In this document: positions 10,806 through 22,686 of the stretch, piece by piece
How the letters are laid out: each line of letters begins with the position of its first letter
Position numbering within the stretch: position 1 is the stretch's first letter
NCBI GenBank assembly: GCA_938034385.1
Contig: CALHLC010000012.1
Coordinates: forward strand, 87,575 to 151,574
Length of the DNA stretch: 64,000 bases
Direction: 5' to 3'
Source of the DNA: an uncultured Bacteriovoracaceae bacterium
GTDB lineage: Bacteria > Bdellovibrionota > Bacteriovoracia > Bacteriovoracales > Bacteriovoracaceae
Notes under the pieces: generated by a model
Seen by the model: the letters and a program-made list of their open reading frames with translations, nothing else
Databases searched by the model: none
Told to the model about the DNA's origin: nothing
Translations under genes and position numbers: made by a program

Positions 10806-12962
10806 ATGACTATTTTTAGACTCCTAATTTTAGGGGCCCTATTTTGCTGTAATTCTACTTATAGTGAAAAATCTAAAGCAAAATCTGCAGCTAAAAGTGC
10901 AACGAAATCATTAAGTGATAATAAGTCTGGCAAATTGACTAAAGAAGTACTTCTAGGAACAACATTAAAAGGAATTTTAGAAAATATGCACTTCTCTAAG
11001 AAAGATCTTGGAGATGATGTTTCTAAAAAAGCATTTGCTGAATATATAAAACGAATTGATTATGGAAAGCAGTTCTTACTAAAGAGCGATGTTGATTCTC
11101 TTAAGCAATATGAAAAATATATTGATGATCAAATAGCTGCTGGTGATTTAACTTTAATGAAGCAAGCAGCCAAGATGTTGAAAACAAGACAAGTAAGTGT
11201 TCAAAAATACGTTTTTGAAAGACTTAAGAAACCTTTTAACTTAAAGAATAATCTTAAATACATTATAGATTCTGAAAAAAGAGAATACGCTAAAAACCTT
11301 GGTGAGCTTAATCTTAGATGGGAGAAAATTTTAACACTTGATATTCTTGAAAAATATAGCGAGTTTTTAAATGAGCAAAACCCTGATCCGAGTGATAAGG
11401 ATTACAAAAAATTACTAAAAAAAGTTCCTGCTAAAAAGTTGACTTCACTTCAGCTCGAAAAGAAGGCTAGAGAGTCTACAACAAAAAGTTATACGAGACT
11501 ATTCAATAGGTTGAAAAAAGAGAAGATGTCTGATGAGATGGATAAGTTCTTTAACTCTGTAACGAAAATTTATGATCCACATACTCACTACTTAATCCCT
11601 GATGATAAAGAAGAATTTGATATTGAAATGAGTGGGAAACTTGAAGGAATTGGAGCTCTTTTACGAGAAGAAGGTTCTTACATAAAAGTTGAAAGAATTA
11701 TTCCTGGTTCAGCTTCTTGGAAAGGTAAAGAGTTAAAAGCTGAAGATATTATTTTAAAAGTTGGGCAAGGAGAGCAAGAGCCTGTCGATGTTGTTGATAT
11801 GGGCTTAAAAGAAGCCGTTAAACTTATAAGAGGTAGGAAAGGAACTGAAGTTAGATTAACGGTTAAGAAGCCTTCTGGACTTAAACAAGTTATATCCATT
11901 ATACGAGATGTGGTTGAAGTTTCAGAAAGTTATGTGAAATCGACTGTGATTCAGAAAAAAGGTGACAAGAAAAAATATGGTTATATAAATATTCCGAAGT
12001 TTTATAGAGACTTTCAAGATAGATTTGGAAGAAATTGTACTGATGATACAAGAGCAGCTCTTAAAAAATTAAAAGCTCAAAATGTAGCTGGAGTGGTTCT
12101 AGACCTTAGAAATAATGGTGGTGGAGCTTTAAAAGATTCGCAATACATTACTGGGTTATTTATTAATAAAGGTCCTGTTGTTCAAGTTAAAAATCACGAT
12201 AACAAAGTAGAGGTTTTAAAAGATAAAGATCCGGCAATTGAATTTGAAAAACCACTAATTGTATTAATTAATAGATTTAGTGCTTCAGCATCCGAGATTG
12301 TAGCTGCTGCACTTCAAGATTATAAAAGAGCAATTATAGTCGGAGGAGAATATTCTCACGGGAAAGGGACGGTTCAAGCAGTTGTTGATCTTGATAATTT
12401 TATCCCGCCTGTTGGAAGAAAATTATCACCATTTGGAGCATTAAAAATTACAATTCAGAAATTTTTTAGAGTAAATGGTTCATCTACTCAATATAAAGGA
12501 GTGACTCCAGATGTTATTCTTCCAGATCTTTACGGGCACTTAGAATCAGGTGAGAGACATTTAGATTACTCTCTTCCATGGGCAAAAATTAAAGAGGTTT
12601 CTCATAAGGACTGGGATAAGTACTCTTATAATATAGCAAAACTGAAATCTAATAGTGCTAAAAGAGTTGCTAAGAATAAGAAGTTCTCTAAAATTGATAG
12701 AAGTATAAATTGGTTCAAACAAAGAAAAGAGATTAAAACTAAAGAGTTAAATCTTAAGAAATATCTTGCTGAAAAGAAGATGCTTAAGGCCAAAGCAAAA
12801 GAGCTTGAGATAGACCAAATAGATAATAATATTATTGTTATGGATGTGGATAACTCAACACTTGAAGAAGATAAGGAGAAGTTTAAGGAGTTTAAAGAGT
12901 CTCTTCAAAAAGATCCATATATCGAAGAAACCCTAGCTATCTTTAAAGATATAGCCTTATAA
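10806..12962 (+). CDS. S41 carboxy-terminal processing (tail-specific) protease
   Basis: 718 aa with a signal peptide and a PDZ region. S41 catalytic block NRFSASASEIVAAALQD..GKGTVQ. Confidence 0.85.
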   Translation: MTIFRLLILGALFCCNSTYSEKSKAKSAAKSATKSLSDNKSGKLTKEVLLGTTLKGILENMHFSKKDLGDDVSKKAFAEYIKRIDYGKQFLLKSDVDSLKQYEKYIDDQIAAGDLTLMKQAAKMLKTRQVSVQKYVFERLKKPFNLKNNLKYIIDSEKREYAKNLGELNLRWEKILTLDILEKYSEFLNEQNPDPSDKDYKKLLKKVPAKKLTSLQLEKKARESTTKSYTRLFNRLKKEKMSDEMDKFFNSVTKIYDPHTHYLIPDDKEEFDIEMSGKLEGIGALLREEGSYIKVERIIPGSASWKGKELKAEDIILKVGQGEQEPVDVVDMGLKEAVKLIRGRKGTEVRLTVKKPSGLKQVISIIRDVVEVSESYVKSTVIQKKGDKKKYGYINIPKFYRDFQDRFGRNCTDDTRAALKKLKAQNVAGVVLDLRNNGGGALKDSQYITGLFINKGPVVQVKNHDNKVEVLKDKDPAIEFEKPLIVLINRFSASASEIVAAALQDYKRAIIVGGEYSHGKGTVQAVVDLDNFIPPVGRKLSPFGALKITIQKFFRVNGSSTQYKGVTPDVILPDLYGHLESGERHLDYSLPWAKIKEVSHKDWDKYSYNIAKLKSNSAKRVAKNKKFSKIDRSINWFKQRKEIKTKELNLKKYLAEKKMLKAKAKELEIDQIDNNIIVMDVDNSTLEEDKEKFKEFKESLQKDPYIEETLAIFKDIAL

Positions 12963-13072
12963 GTCTAAGACTTTGAAATCTGGTCCTATGAGGGCCCGAT
13001 TTCCCTCTCTTGAGCTTGAATATTCCTTAAATTGATCTTAGAATACCTCAAATATAAATTCAGAGGTAATCT

Positions 13073-13879
13073 ATGCAATTTGATAAACCAACACGTTTAA
13101 CATTAGATCAAAAATTTAGATATTATGAAGAAGCAGTTCAAAATGCTGAAGGTGAAGTTGAGACTCTTCAAGATCTTTATAAATCTATTAAAAATAAAAA
13201 AGCAAAAGTTCTAAGAGAAGATTTTTGTGGAACAGGATCAGTGATGTGTAATTGGGTAACGCAGGGCCCTGATTTTCATTCTTTTGGAATTGATTTAGAC
13301 CCAGAGCCAGTTGAATGGGGGAAACAAAATCATTTATCAAAATTAACAAAGGAAGAGCAAAGCAGGGTTGATTATATTATGGGAGACGTCTTTGAGACAA
13401 AGACTGAAAAAGCAGACTTAATCATTGCCTTAAATTTTTCATATTTTATTTTCAAGAAAAGAAAACAACTTATTAAATACTTTACAAAGGTGAGAGAACA
13501 TCTAAGTGATGACGGGGTATTTGTTTTAGATTTGTTTGGTGGTCCAGAGAGCATGATGCCATTAGAGGAAAAAACAAAACAAAAAGGCTTCAACTATTAT
13601 TGGGACTGTCATAAGTTTAATCCTATTACCCATGAATGTTTATATAGAATTCACTTTAAGCCAAAAGGTGAAAAGAAAGTAAAGAACGTGTTTACATACG
13701 ATTGGAGAATGTGGGGATTTGCTGAACTTAGGGAAATTCTAGATGATGTAGGTTTTTCTAAAACTATTGCTTATTGGGAAGGTGATGATGGCGATGGTGG
13801 AGGAGATGGTGAATTTAAACCAACTGAAAAAATTGATAATTGTGATGGCTGGGTTGGCTATATAGCAGCTTTAAAATAG
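13073..13879 (+). CDS. class I SAM-dependent methyltransferase
   Basis: Motif I VLREDFCGTGSV, with acidic post-I and motif II regions. Confidence 0.65.
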   Translation: MQFDKPTRLTLDQKFRYYEEAVQNAEGEVETLQDLYKSIKNKKAKVLREDFCGTGSVMCNWVTQGPDFHSFGIDLDPEPVEWGKQNHLSKLTKEEQSRVDYIMGDVFETKTEKADLIIALNFSYFIFKKRKQLIKYFTKVREHLSDDGVFVLDLFGGPESMMPLEEKTKQKGFNYYWDCHKFNPITHECLYRIHFKPKGEKKVKNVFTYDWRMWGFAELREILDDVGFSKTIAYWEGDDGDGGGDGEFKPTEKIDNCDGWVGYIAALK

Positions 13880-13880
13880 A

Positions 13881-14258
13881 TTAATATAAAACTGTTTTAA
13901 AGATCTCATGGTCTTTAGTTAACATTAAGTATCCAGAGTCTAGTTTTTTATCCTTTGAAATCGTTAGTTTAGTATTTTGTAAGACTTCTACAACACAATT
14001 ATGGAAAGCTTCAGACATTTCATAATTATCTGCAAAGACTTCAATATTAGATAGTTTTTGATTTTCAACATTAAACTTATACATTAATGGGACTTCTGAT
14101 AATTCATTGAGATAGGGAGCTTTGCATTCCTTTAATTTTGCTTTTTCTTGGCTAATACTAGATTTTACAGCACTCCAATCATTATAATAGTCTGTCATTT
14201 GATCTGGTTGCTTCTTGGTACAACTAAATACTAATAATGTAAGCAGAATTTTTTTCAT
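13881..14258 (-). CDS. hypothetical lipoprotein
   Basis: Lipobox LLVFSC at the N-terminus. Confidence 0.4.
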   Translation of the reverse strand: MKKILLTLLVFSCTKKQPDQMTDYYNDWSAVKSSISQEKAKLKECKAPYLNELSEVPLMYKFNVENQKLSNIEVFADNYEMSEAFHNCVVEVLQNTKLTISKDKKLDSGYLMLTKDHEIFKTVLY

Positions 14259-14338
14259 CGTTTTTCCCTTCTGTTATAATGAGTTATCGAGATACTTGAT
14301 CTAGGGCCTTAATTGATCCTAAGAGCTAGGCAAAATTT

Positions 14339-15442
14339 ATGAAAAATGTGCAATTTAGAAAATATATCGACACTATGCCTGAGGGATTAGATCCATCTTT
14401 TGTAGGTTTTGGAACTTCAAATTTAAAGGTTTATTCTAGCTTTTCTAAAGAGACAAAACTTAATACCTCAGATGTAGACTTGCCTAGAAGTTACTCGTAT
14501 TTAAGCTCATCTGAAGAGTTATTTCTTTGCCTCAGAAGTGATGATGATAAAATTGTCTGTAAACTCTCATCTCATCTTTTTGAAAATGTTTCAAAGTTTA
14601 AGGCATTAAATTTTTTGATGTATAACCTTGAAATAGATAAAAAAATTTTAGGTATTTCTGATCTAGGAGAGTACTCTATCTATGATCAAAAAAATAATTC
14701 ATTACGGTCTATGATTCACTTATCCTCTGCTTTCTTTGCTGGGATTGATGAGGTGAAAACTTATCCCTATGATCACTTCTTTAACTCTAATGATGAAAAA
14801 GCACAGCGCTTAGTAAAGCTAAGTTTTGATGTCTTAAATCAAGAGTCTCACTTAGGTCTGGTCAATGATCCTTTGAAAGGTTCATATTATGTTGAGTCTA
14901 GAGCTGATCAAATAGCACGTGCAACTTTTTCTCTGCTTAAAAAATATGATGAAGAGAGAGGAGATGATTTTTTAAACTCGGCAACTGTGAAATCTTGGGT
15001 AGCCAAGGGAGCTCAGAAAAGTAGAGACCTTGTTTATAAAATGGAGAAGAATATTCCAGGGATTAATAATTATATTAATTTTGAAGAAATTCTAAATGAA
15101 GCTGAATTTAAGTCTCATCCTGGAACAGTTTTTTCTTTAGAGAAAATTAGAACAAAAATACAAAGCTCAGGTGTAATTACAAATGTTTACTGCTTTGGTG
15201 AGTTAAAAGATTATTTGAAAAATCTTACCTTAATTACAAATATTTATAATAGTTTAGGTATCCAAGTAAAGGTTTTTGAAAATGAAGAAGCAGTGGATGA
15301 AAATGATTTTCATACAACGTTAGGAGAGCATAACCTCTCATTCTCATCTCAAGAAATTTCTAAAGAAGTGCTACTTTCAAAGAATTTAGACTTAGTTTTA
15401 AAAGAGTTAAATAAAAATGAAAGGTTTATAGCTGCATTATGA
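14339..15442 (+). CDS. methylmalonyl-CoA mutase small-subunit-like protein
   Basis: [17 protein letters not shown] block. Its stop overlaps the large-subunit start. Confidence 0.55.
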   Translation: MKNVQFRKYIDTMPEGLDPSFVGFGTSNLKVYSSFSKETKLNTSDVDLPRSYSYLSSSEELFLCLRSDDDKIVCKLSSHLFENVSKFKALNFLMYNLEIDKKILGISDLGEYSIYDQKNNSLRSMIHLSSAFFAGIDEVKTYPYDHFFNSNDEKAQRLVKLSFDVLNQESHLGLVNDPLKGSYYVESRADQIARATFSLLKKYDEERGDDFLNSATVKSWVAKGAQKSRDLVYKMEKNIPGINNYINFEEILNEAEFKSHPGTVFSLEKIRTKIQSSGVITNVYCFGELKDYLKNLTLITNIYNSLGIQVKVFENEEAVDENDFHTTLGEHNLSFSSQEISKEVLLSKNLDLVLKELNKNERFIAAL

Positions 15443-17544
15443 AAAGTATTTCAAAATTAAAATTTGAGGATTTGAAGCATAAATCGATCAAGACGGAAAA
15501 AGTAGTTATTAAAGAGACTTTAGAAAAAATTGCGATACATAAAGAATATGATCACGAGGATCATTCACACTTACACTCTGCTCCAGGGGAATTTCCCTAT
15601 TTAAGAGGACCATACAAAAATATGTATAGAGGAAGACCTTGGACTATACGGCAGTATGCTGGTTTTTCTACAGCTGAAGAAAGTAATGCATTTTATAAAA
15701 ATAACTTAAAGCAAGGGCAAAAAGGTTTATCTGTAGCGTTCGATCTCGCGACTCATAGAGGGTATGACTCAGATCATGAGAGAGTTGAGAGTGATGTAGG
15801 AATGGCAGGTGTAGCTATTGATTCTATCCTAGATATGGATATCTTATTTGATGGGATTCCCTTAGATAAAATGAGTGTCTCTATGACCATGAATGGCGCA
15901 GTTATTCCAATTATGGCCATGTATATCGTTGCGGCGAAGAGACAGGGAGTCAGTTTAGATAAACTCTCAGGGACTATTCAAAATGATATATTAAAAGAAT
16001 TCATGGTTAGAAATACTTATATTTATCCGCCACAACATTCGATGAGAATTATTGGAGATATTTTCGAGTATACTTCGAAAAATATGCCAAAGTTTAATTC
16101 TATCAGTATTTCTGGTTATCATATGCAAGAAGCAGGTGCTAGTGCAGACTTAGAATTAACTTACACTTTAGCTAATGGCTTAGAATATATAAAAGCCGGG
16201 ATTTCTAAGGGATTAAAGATTGATGACTTTGCACCAAGGCTGTCATTCTTCTTTGCTATAGGGATGAACTATTTTATGGAAGTGGCTAAGCTAAGAGCTG
16301 CGAGGTATCTCTGGGCCCAAATTGTTAGTGAATTTAAACCCCAAAATCCAAAATCATCTATGTTAAGAACACATTGCCAAACATCGGGGTGGAGTCTAAC
16401 AGCTCAAGACGTGAATAATAATATAGTACGGACAGGAATTGAAGCAATGGCGGCTGTTCATGGTCATACTCAGTCATTACATACAAATTCTCTGGATGAA
16501 GCAATTGCACTTCCTTCTAAAGAAAGTGCAAGAATTGCAAGAAATACTCAGATTTTTCTTCAAGAGGAAACTCAAACATGTAACTTAATTGATCCATATG
16601 GAGGAAGTTATTATGTTGAGTCTTTAACAAATGAATTAATTAGGACCGTCCAAAAAAACTTTGAAGAAATAGAAGAGCTTGGTGGAATGATTAAATCAAT
16701 TGAGTTAGGAATTCCGAAAAGAAAAATTGAAGAAGTTGCAGCCATTACCCAGGCAAAGATAGATTCAGGAGAACAAGTTATATTTGGCGTAAATTCCAAA
16801 GAACTTGATCAGGCAGAGGACTTAGAGGTTTTAAAAGTTGATAATAAAAAAGTTTATGATAATCAGATAAAAAGGTTACAAGCACTAAAGAAGCAAAGAA
16901 ATAATGAAGATGTTCAAAGCTGTTTAGATGAGATAACTAAAGCCTGCGAAGATAAAAATGGTAACTTACTTGAATTGGCAGTAAGAGCAGTTGAAGCAAG
17001 TGCGACTTTAGGTGAAATTTCATATGCGATGGAGAAGGTATTTGGGAGATATCAATCTCAAATATCTAGCATTAAAGGTGTTTATATGAGTAAAGTAAAA
17101 AACCATCAAGACATAAGTCAACTACGAGAGCTTGTTGAGAAATTTCAAATAAATCATGGTCGTAGACCAAGAATATTACTATCTAAGATAGGTCAAGATG
17201 GACACGATAGAGGTCAAAAGGTCGTTGCTACAAGTTTTGCTGACTTTGGGTTTGATGTTGATATTGGGCCTTTATTTCAAACTGTTCAAGAAGTTGTAAA
17301 GCAAGCCATTGAAAATGATGTGCATGTCTTAGCGATATCTTCTTTAGCAGCTGGACACTTATCTTTTTTTCCTATGCTGCAGAGTGAATTGAAGAGGAGA
17401 AACAAGCAGTTTGTTATTGTTCTTGGTGGAGTGATCCCTCCAGGAGACCATAAGGCTTTATATGATATGGGAGTGGATTTTATTTTTGGGCCAGGAACAA
17501 ATCTAATGGAAGCTGCGAAAACTTTACTTGAGAAAATAAAATGA
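15439..17544 (+). CDS. mutB: methylmalonyl-CoA mutase large subunit (B12-dependent)
   Basis: [37 protein letters not shown], and a C-terminal B12-binding DxHxxG region ([11 protein letters not shown]). Confidence 0.92.
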   Translation: MKSISKLKFEDLKHKSIKTEKVVIKETLEKIAIHKEYDHEDHSHLHSAPGEFPYLRGPYKNMYRGRPWTIRQYAGFSTAEESNAFYKNNLKQGQKGLSVAFDLATHRGYDSDHERVESDVGMAGVAIDSILDMDILFDGIPLDKMSVSMTMNGAVIPIMAMYIVAAKRQGVSLDKLSGTIQNDILKEFMVRNTYIYPPQHSMRIIGDIFEYTSKNMPKFNSISISGYHMQEAGASADLELTYTLANGLEYIKAGISKGLKIDDFAPRLSFFFAIGMNYFMEVAKLRAARYLWAQIVSEFKPQNPKSSMLRTHCQTSGWSLTAQDVNNNIVRTGIEAMAAVHGHTQSLHTNSLDEAIALPSKESARIARNTQIFLQEETQTCNLIDPYGGSYYVESLTNELIRTVQKNFEEIEELGGMIKSIELGIPKRKIEEVAAITQAKIDSGEQVIFGVNSKELDQAEDLEVLKVDNKKVYDNQIKRLQALKKQRNNEDVQSCLDEITKACEDKNGNLLELAVRAVEASATLGEISYAMEKVFGRYQSQISSIKGVYMSKVKNHQDISQLRELVEKFQINHGRRPRILLSKIGQDGHDRGQKVVATSFADFGFDVDIGPLFQTVQEVVKQAIENDVHVLAISSLAAGHLSFFPMLQSELKRRNKQFVIVLGGVIPPGDHKALYDMGVDFIFGPGTNLMEAAKTLLEKIK

Positions 17545-18455
17545 AAATAGATGAAATCAAAAAAGGCTTTCAAGAAAAGGATAGGGGAGCTCTTGCTAAA
17601 GCCATTACACTCATTGAAAGTTCAAAAGCACAAGAGCATCAATTGGCATTTTCTTTGATAGAACACGATTCACAAAAAACATCTAAGGTGATCGGAGTTT
17701 CAGGTCCCCCGGGAGTAGGAAAAAGTACTTTTCTTAATGCTATTACAAAAACTCTTCTAAAAGAAAATGATAAAATTCAAATTGCTATCTTAGCCGTAGA
17801 TCCAAGTAGTGATCTCTCTGGTGGTAGTATTTTGGGAGATAAAACAAGAATGGGAGAAATCTCATCATTGGAGCAAGTGTTTATTAGACCAACGGCTGCT
17901 GGCTCATTCCTTGGAGGAACAGCAACTAGGACTTTTGAGACTATAAAACTTTGTGAGGCCTTTGGATTTGATTATATTTTTGTTGAAACAGTCGGGGTAG
18001 GACAATCAGAAAGCATGATTGCTCATATGGTGGATTATTTTATTTTACTTGCAAATCCTAGTGCTGGAGATGATTTGCAGGGTATGAAAAGAGGAGTGCT
18101 CGAATTTGTAGATCTTTTGTTAATTAATAAGTGTGATGGTGAGTTAGAAAAGATTGCAAAGATTGCTCTTAATTTCTTTGATTCTTCTCAGAAATATGAA
18201 GTGAGGGTTATCTCATCACTAGAAAAGAAAAATATAGAAGATGTTACTAAATCGATAAAAGATTTTTTTAGCTCGTATGATAGTCTCAAACGGCTTGCTC
18301 AGTTTGATATTTTTACTAGCAAATATTTTGATAACTATATTCAGGAACAAGTGAATAACTTTAAAAAAACACAAGGATTTAATGGAGTTGGTTCTGTTTC
18401 ACTGAAAGATCTTCAAAAAATTACTGAACAGAGGTGGCAGAGCTTTAAAAAATAG
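17541..18455 (+). CDS. meaB: methylmalonyl-CoA mutase-associated GTPase MeaB/ArgK
   Basis: P-loop [19 protein letters not shown] and NKCD motifs. Coupled to the mutase gene by an ATGA overlap. Confidence 0.85.
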   Translation: MKIDEIKKGFQEKDRGALAKAITLIESSKAQEHQLAFSLIEHDSQKTSKVIGVSGPPGVGKSTFLNAITKTLLKENDKIQIAILAVDPSSDLSGGSILGDKTRMGEISSLEQVFIRPTAAGSFLGGTATRTFETIKLCEAFGFDYIFVETVGVGQSESMIAHMVDYFILLANPSAGDDLQGMKRGVLEFVDLLLINKCDGELEKIAKIALNFFDSSQKYEVRVISSLEKKNIEDVTKSIKDFFSSYDSLKRLAQFDIFTSKYFDNYIQEQVNNFKKTQGFNGVGSVSLKDLQKITEQRWQSFKK

Positions 18456-18457
18456 CT

Positions 18458-20266
18458 TTACTCTTCTTTATCAAAGTCTTCTTGTGTGAACTTTACTTTC
18501 CCGTCTTTCATTTTTTTTGAAAACCTTCTGTAATAAGGCTTTCCAGAAGGGCTGTTTTTTTCTTTTTGAACGAAGTGTACTTCAATCTCATCTTCAAAAG
18601 AGGCTAGAGGGATATCTTTTACTACAAGTTCAAAACAATCAACATTTGGTTTATCAGGAGAAGTTGTGACCTCTTTGGTATAATCATAAGGTTTTAAATT
18701 TGAAATTCTAGAGTTATCAAGTCTTAAAGGAGTAAAGTACTTAATTTCAGCTAAATTGAAAATACCATCTTCATCTGTATCTATTTCAGACTGAGGACGA
18801 CTTTTATTATCTCCTCCTCCGATTGCAACACCATCGATATTAAATCTTAATGCTAGCTTATCTGGAACTTGATCAAAGTTTGTATCATAGGGAGTTTGTC
18901 CGTCTCCGACGACTCCAACATTTGTTCCAAGAACTCTTTCTTCACAGTTTGTTAACCCATCACCATCTGAATCTTGTTTCCCTTTCTCTCCTAAACAATC
19001 TTCAGATGCTTCAATCTGAAATTCAGTTGAGCTACATCTTCGTGGATTGTCAGAAGATGGTTTACAAGGAAAGTCGAACTTTTCAAATTCCACTCTATCA
19101 TTTATTCCATTTTCATCACAATCAGCTTTGTCTATACAGCCCTCAAATTCTAGGAAATCATGAAGTCCATCACCGTCTGTATCTCTTAAAACTTTCCAGT
19201 TTAACTGATTAGTCTTTCTAGCTTCTTCTGGGTCCCAACCCCACATTGTATTTAAATTAGCAATGAGTAATTGTTCTTCAGTTGTATGTATTTTCTCTAT
19301 AGGGACATTGAGTAATTTATCAAAATCAATATCCTCTCCATTATTAAATGAAAAGAATTTCCCGTTTCCTGCGATGGCCATTTTTTCTAATAACTCTTCG
19401 GCTACATTGTTAGCGTCAAAGTGATAAAAGCCAGTACTTACATATATTCTTTTAATATAAGGACCAACGATAGAATCGTTTTGTAATTCAAGGATATCAT
19501 CCTTTATAAATTGGATGAGAGCATTGTCATAATTATTTACACCGGTATCTGTTGGTTGACCATCAGATGTAAAGACAACCTTATAATATGCTGGACTTGG
19601 AATAATATCTGTTGAACCATTTTCTATTTCTTCTAAATGTTTTTTTCTTGCAAGCCCTGCATCATCTTTGATTGTGTCTCGGATAAATTCAAGTGCTTTT
19701 CTAAAGTTCGTTCCTCTTCCTGATTGATCAGCTGTATTTCTAAAGTTTAAAACTGGAGCTCTAAATTCGTCGTTTAGATTTTTTTGGAAAAGAGTTGAAT
19801 CATTTTCAGGAGTACTCAATAATACTGAACTCCCAACTCCTGGAATGATAGGTGATGCTTCAGGGTCTTGAGTTCCTGAGTTTCCTGAACTTCCTGTACA
19901 GTTTTGACAGAAAAATTCTCCCAATGCAAAGTATTCAGACTCCTTAAAAGTGTGATCATCTAAGAATTTTATAAGTCCATTGGTTCTTTTGGTTCTATCT
20001 GGGTCGGTTCCGTTTACTCCAGCTCCACAATTTCCAGTTTCATCACAGTTACTTGCTGAACGATCTAGAATGAATAAAGTCTTAACGTCTGTCGCAATAT
20101 CATCTTCGAGTAAGCAATAACTTAATTGTGCTTCTCCAAGAATTGGATTAACGGTCGTCGTCGTTGTTGGAAAAACAATTGCTTTAAGACTCCTAGAGCC
20201 AGAACAAGACTGGAAGAGTGAAATACTCAGAAAGAATGTTAAAGATGTTATTATTAGTTTCCTCAT
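18458..20266 (-). CDS. lipoprotein with vWA-like region and thrombospondin type-3 Ca-binding repeats
   Basis: Lipobox LFQSC. Repeated DTDGDGLHD / DSDGDGLTNCEE / DTDEDGIFN motifs. Confidence 0.55.
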   Translation of the reverse strand: MRKLIITSLTFFLSISLFQSCSGSRSLKAIVFPTTTTTVNPILGEAQLSYCLLEDDIATDVKTLFILDRSASNCDETGNCGAGVNGTDPDRTKRTNGLIKFLDDHTFKESEYFALGEFFCQNCTGSSGNSGTQDPEASPIIPGVGSSVLLSTPENDSTLFQKNLNDEFRAPVLNFRNTADQSGRGTNFRKALEFIRDTIKDDAGLARKKHLEEIENGSTDIIPSPAYYKVVFTSDGQPTDTGVNNYDNALIQFIKDDILELQNDSIVGPYIKRIYVSTGFYHFDANNVAEELLEKMAIAGNGKFFSFNNGEDIDFDKLLNVPIEKIHTTEEQLLIANLNTMWGWDPEEARKTNQLNWKVLRDTDGDGLHDFLEFEGCIDKADCDENGINDRVEFEKFDFPCKPSSDNPRRCSSTEFQIEASEDCLGEKGKQDSDGDGLTNCEERVLGTNVGVVGDGQTPYDTNFDQVPDKLALRFNIDGVAIGGGDNKSRPQSEIDTDEDGIFNLAEIKYFTPLRLDNSRISNLKPYDYTKEVTTSPDKPNVDCFELVVKDIPLASFEDEIEVHFVQKEKNSPSGKPYYRRFSKKMKDGKVKFTQEDFDKEE

Positions 20267-20383
20267 TAATAGTATTATCGATCAGTTTATTGAAATACTT
20301 GAGAGAAAAGTTGAAAAGACATTAGTTATGATTAAAAGTATAAATGTTGCCTCATTTTATAGGCAGTTTAAATAGGATGAGAC

Positions 20384-21979
20384 CTACTTTCTCATTTTCC
20401 AGAGCATCTGGCTTATATAGGGGCGTCTTTGCTCGCCAGTGGCTATCATGAGAAGTTTAGTAATTTTGAGAGTAGTGGCATCTGTATAGAGAACAATTAA
20501 GAGCTCCTTAATATAGTTTGTATCAAGAGTTATATAATTATCAGTACCAATACCTAACTTTACTCCTTTCTTTTCCCACCAAGAAAATGGGTGATCTTTA
20601 TAATCAGAGAGAAAACCGGTAAGTTTCTTATTTGAAGATGGTAGAGAAATAAGAGAAACATTTTTGTGAATCATTCTATTTAAAACATCGTGTTGATAAT
20701 GTTCCACTTCTCTAGCAGTATGAAACTTCACTTTCACAAATTTAGTTTTTTCATCTTCATTTAAAATAGTCCCATCTATAAGCTTTTCAAGAATTTCAGG
20801 ATGTACACTCCAGTCCATCTCAAGGACTTCATTTGAATCCAGAGATCCTTTCGCTAATTTTATACCTTTAGAGTTCTGTTCAACGACCCTTAAGTATAAT
20901 GAGTGGAAGTAAAAATTTGGGTTGATTCCAAGGCTGACACCATGTTCAAGTGTGTTGATATGCCAAATATTCATAGAGTTATCAACTGCTTGAACTCCAA
21001 GTCTAAGAGTTTTCCATGTCTCGCCATGGTGGCTTCTAATAGAAAAACCTTTGTAGTGAAGTCTTCTCAGTCCTTGTTTCATATCTTGGAAATGTGTTTT
21101 TTTATAGAGATCTCTTTCATTTCCTACAGTGTCAACATCTTTTAAATGATTTGTTAGTTCAGGGTGTTTTTCAATGAGTGTTAAAATTGATTCTACTTGA
21201 TGATTGATATGCTCTTTTTTTGAAGAAAATTTCTGAGCATCATAATGATCAGCTTCTTTCCTAAAAGACGGAGAGAGGATGAAGTTAAAATCTGGTACTT
21301 CGGATTGAAACTTTTTATACCCGTTAAATAAACCTAAGACGACATCATCAGGAGTCAATTCACTTAAGCCTGGGATTTGTTCATCACTATTATTAGTGGC
21401 CCTTGAAAGTGTAAATTTAAGTCTTATGAAACCAACATTATATTTCTCATAAAGGTTTTTAGCCATATGGTATGCAGCTTCTTCATGGATCTTTCTGTCG
21501 GTAAGAATAAGCTTGGGAAGAATAAGGATTTCTAGATAACGATCAAATAATTCATTATCCTTTAGAGTCATAAAACTTTCTATGCTTTGAAGAGTTGCTT
21601 CCTTGAAGTCAGGGTATACTGAGTAAATTTTCTTTAAATAAATTTCTTTATTAGGTCCATCTAATAGCTTTTTTAATCTTGGATAAACAAAGTCTGCATC
21701 AAGAGAGCCTGTAAGGTGAATATGTTCTTCTCTGTATGGGATAGGGAAGTTCTTTAGAAAATAAAAAAGAATTTCAGATACTTCATGATTAAGTAAACTG
21801 GTGATTGATAGTTGGTCACTCTGGTACATTCTGAGGATCTCTATAAATTCAATTAAGCTTTTTGAGACAACTGAACCAGGTTTAGCTCCTTGGATAGCAA
21901 GTTCAATAGAATCATAAAGGTTAATTCCATTTGTCTCGCATATTGTCTTAATTAGATGATCTCGTAATTCTTTATTCAT
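20384..21979 (-). CDS. adenosine/AMP deaminase family metallohydrolase
   Basis: EEHIHLTGSL (HxH), SHHGETW (HAGE-like), LEHGVSLG and GIGTDN. Confidence 0.6.
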   Translation of the reverse strand: MNKELRDHLIKTICETNGINLYDSIELAIQGAKPGSVVSKSLIEFIEILRMYQSDQLSITSLLNHEVSEILFYFLKNFPIPYREEHIHLTGSLDADFVYPRLKKLLDGPNKEIYLKKIYSVYPDFKEATLQSIESFMTLKDNELFDRYLEILILPKLILTDRKIHEEAAYHMAKNLYEKYNVGFIRLKFTLSRATNNSDEQIPGLSELTPDDVVLGLFNGYKKFQSEVPDFNFILSPSFRKEADHYDAQKFSSKKEHINHQVESILTLIEKHPELTNHLKDVDTVGNERDLYKKTHFQDMKQGLRRLHYKGFSIRSHHGETWKTLRLGVQAVDNSMNIWHINTLEHGVSLGINPNFYFHSLYLRVVEQNSKGIKLAKGSLDSNEVLEMDWSVHPEILEKLIDGTILNEDEKTKFVKVKFHTAREVEHYQHDVLNRMIHKNVSLISLPSSNKKLTGFLSDYKDHPFSWWEKKGVKLGIGTDNYITLDTNYIKELLIVLYTDATTLKITKLLMIATGEQRRPYISQMLWKMRK

Positions 21980-22560
21980 TCATACACCTCGAAGAAGTCC
22001 TCATGGCTATCAAAGCCCCAGAAAAATTCATTCTTATAAAAAATAGAAGGTACTCCAAAAATTCCTCTTTGTGTTGCTTCTTGAACATTTGCTAGAATGA
22101 TTGTTTTAAATTCTTTCTCATAAGATAAATCAATAAGCTCTTTTGATTTTTTTATACCTCTGTTAAATAATTGCTCGGCTAAAATATCTGGGTCAGCAAC
22201 ATTGATTCTTTCTAACCAAGTAAGATCCCAAATTGTATCAATCAATTCTAATTGGTTAATATTTAGTTTTTCGCAGATTTCTTTACTGGATATCCTTAAA
22301 GTATAAAGAGTGTTGAAAGGATGTTGGAAAGGAAGGTGTATTTGTATATCTTCCTTCTTAGCCATTTTTTTACATTTCTTATAAAGATATGTTTTTTTGC
22401 TCTCTATTTCCGTAATAGGTTTTTGTCCCCAATGTGAAAATACTTTCCCGAGAATCAGAGGTTTAAAGTCAAACATTTCCAAACGATTCGTTTTCTTTAA
22501 CCATTTCCAGGATAAATAAGAATATGGAGAAATATAATCAAAGTACATGAGAGGCGACAT
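21976..22560 (-). CDS. DsbA-like 2-hydroxychromene-2-carboxylate isomerase family protein
   Basis: N-terminal FDYISPYSYL and C-terminal GIFGVPSIFYKNEFFWGFD. ATGA overlap with the downstream gene. Confidence 0.6.
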   Translation of the reverse strand: MSPLMYFDYISPYSYLSWKWLKKTNRLEMFDFKPLILGKVFSHWGQKPITEIESKKTYLYKKCKKMAKKEDIQIHLPFQHPFNTLYTLRISSKEICEKLNINQLELIDTIWDLTWLERINVADPDILAEQLFNRGIKKSKELIDLSYEKEFKTIILANVQEATQRGIFGVPSIFYKNEFFWGFDSHEDFFEVYE

Positions 22561-22686
22561 TTATAAGAACTACCCGAGTTGAGTTGCCTTGTACAGGCAC
22601 AATTTTCCTGCTTGTAAAAGTTATATCAAAATTGTGGCTATTTTGATCGATAGAGAGAATAGATACTTATTTTCAAGGAGGAAAAT

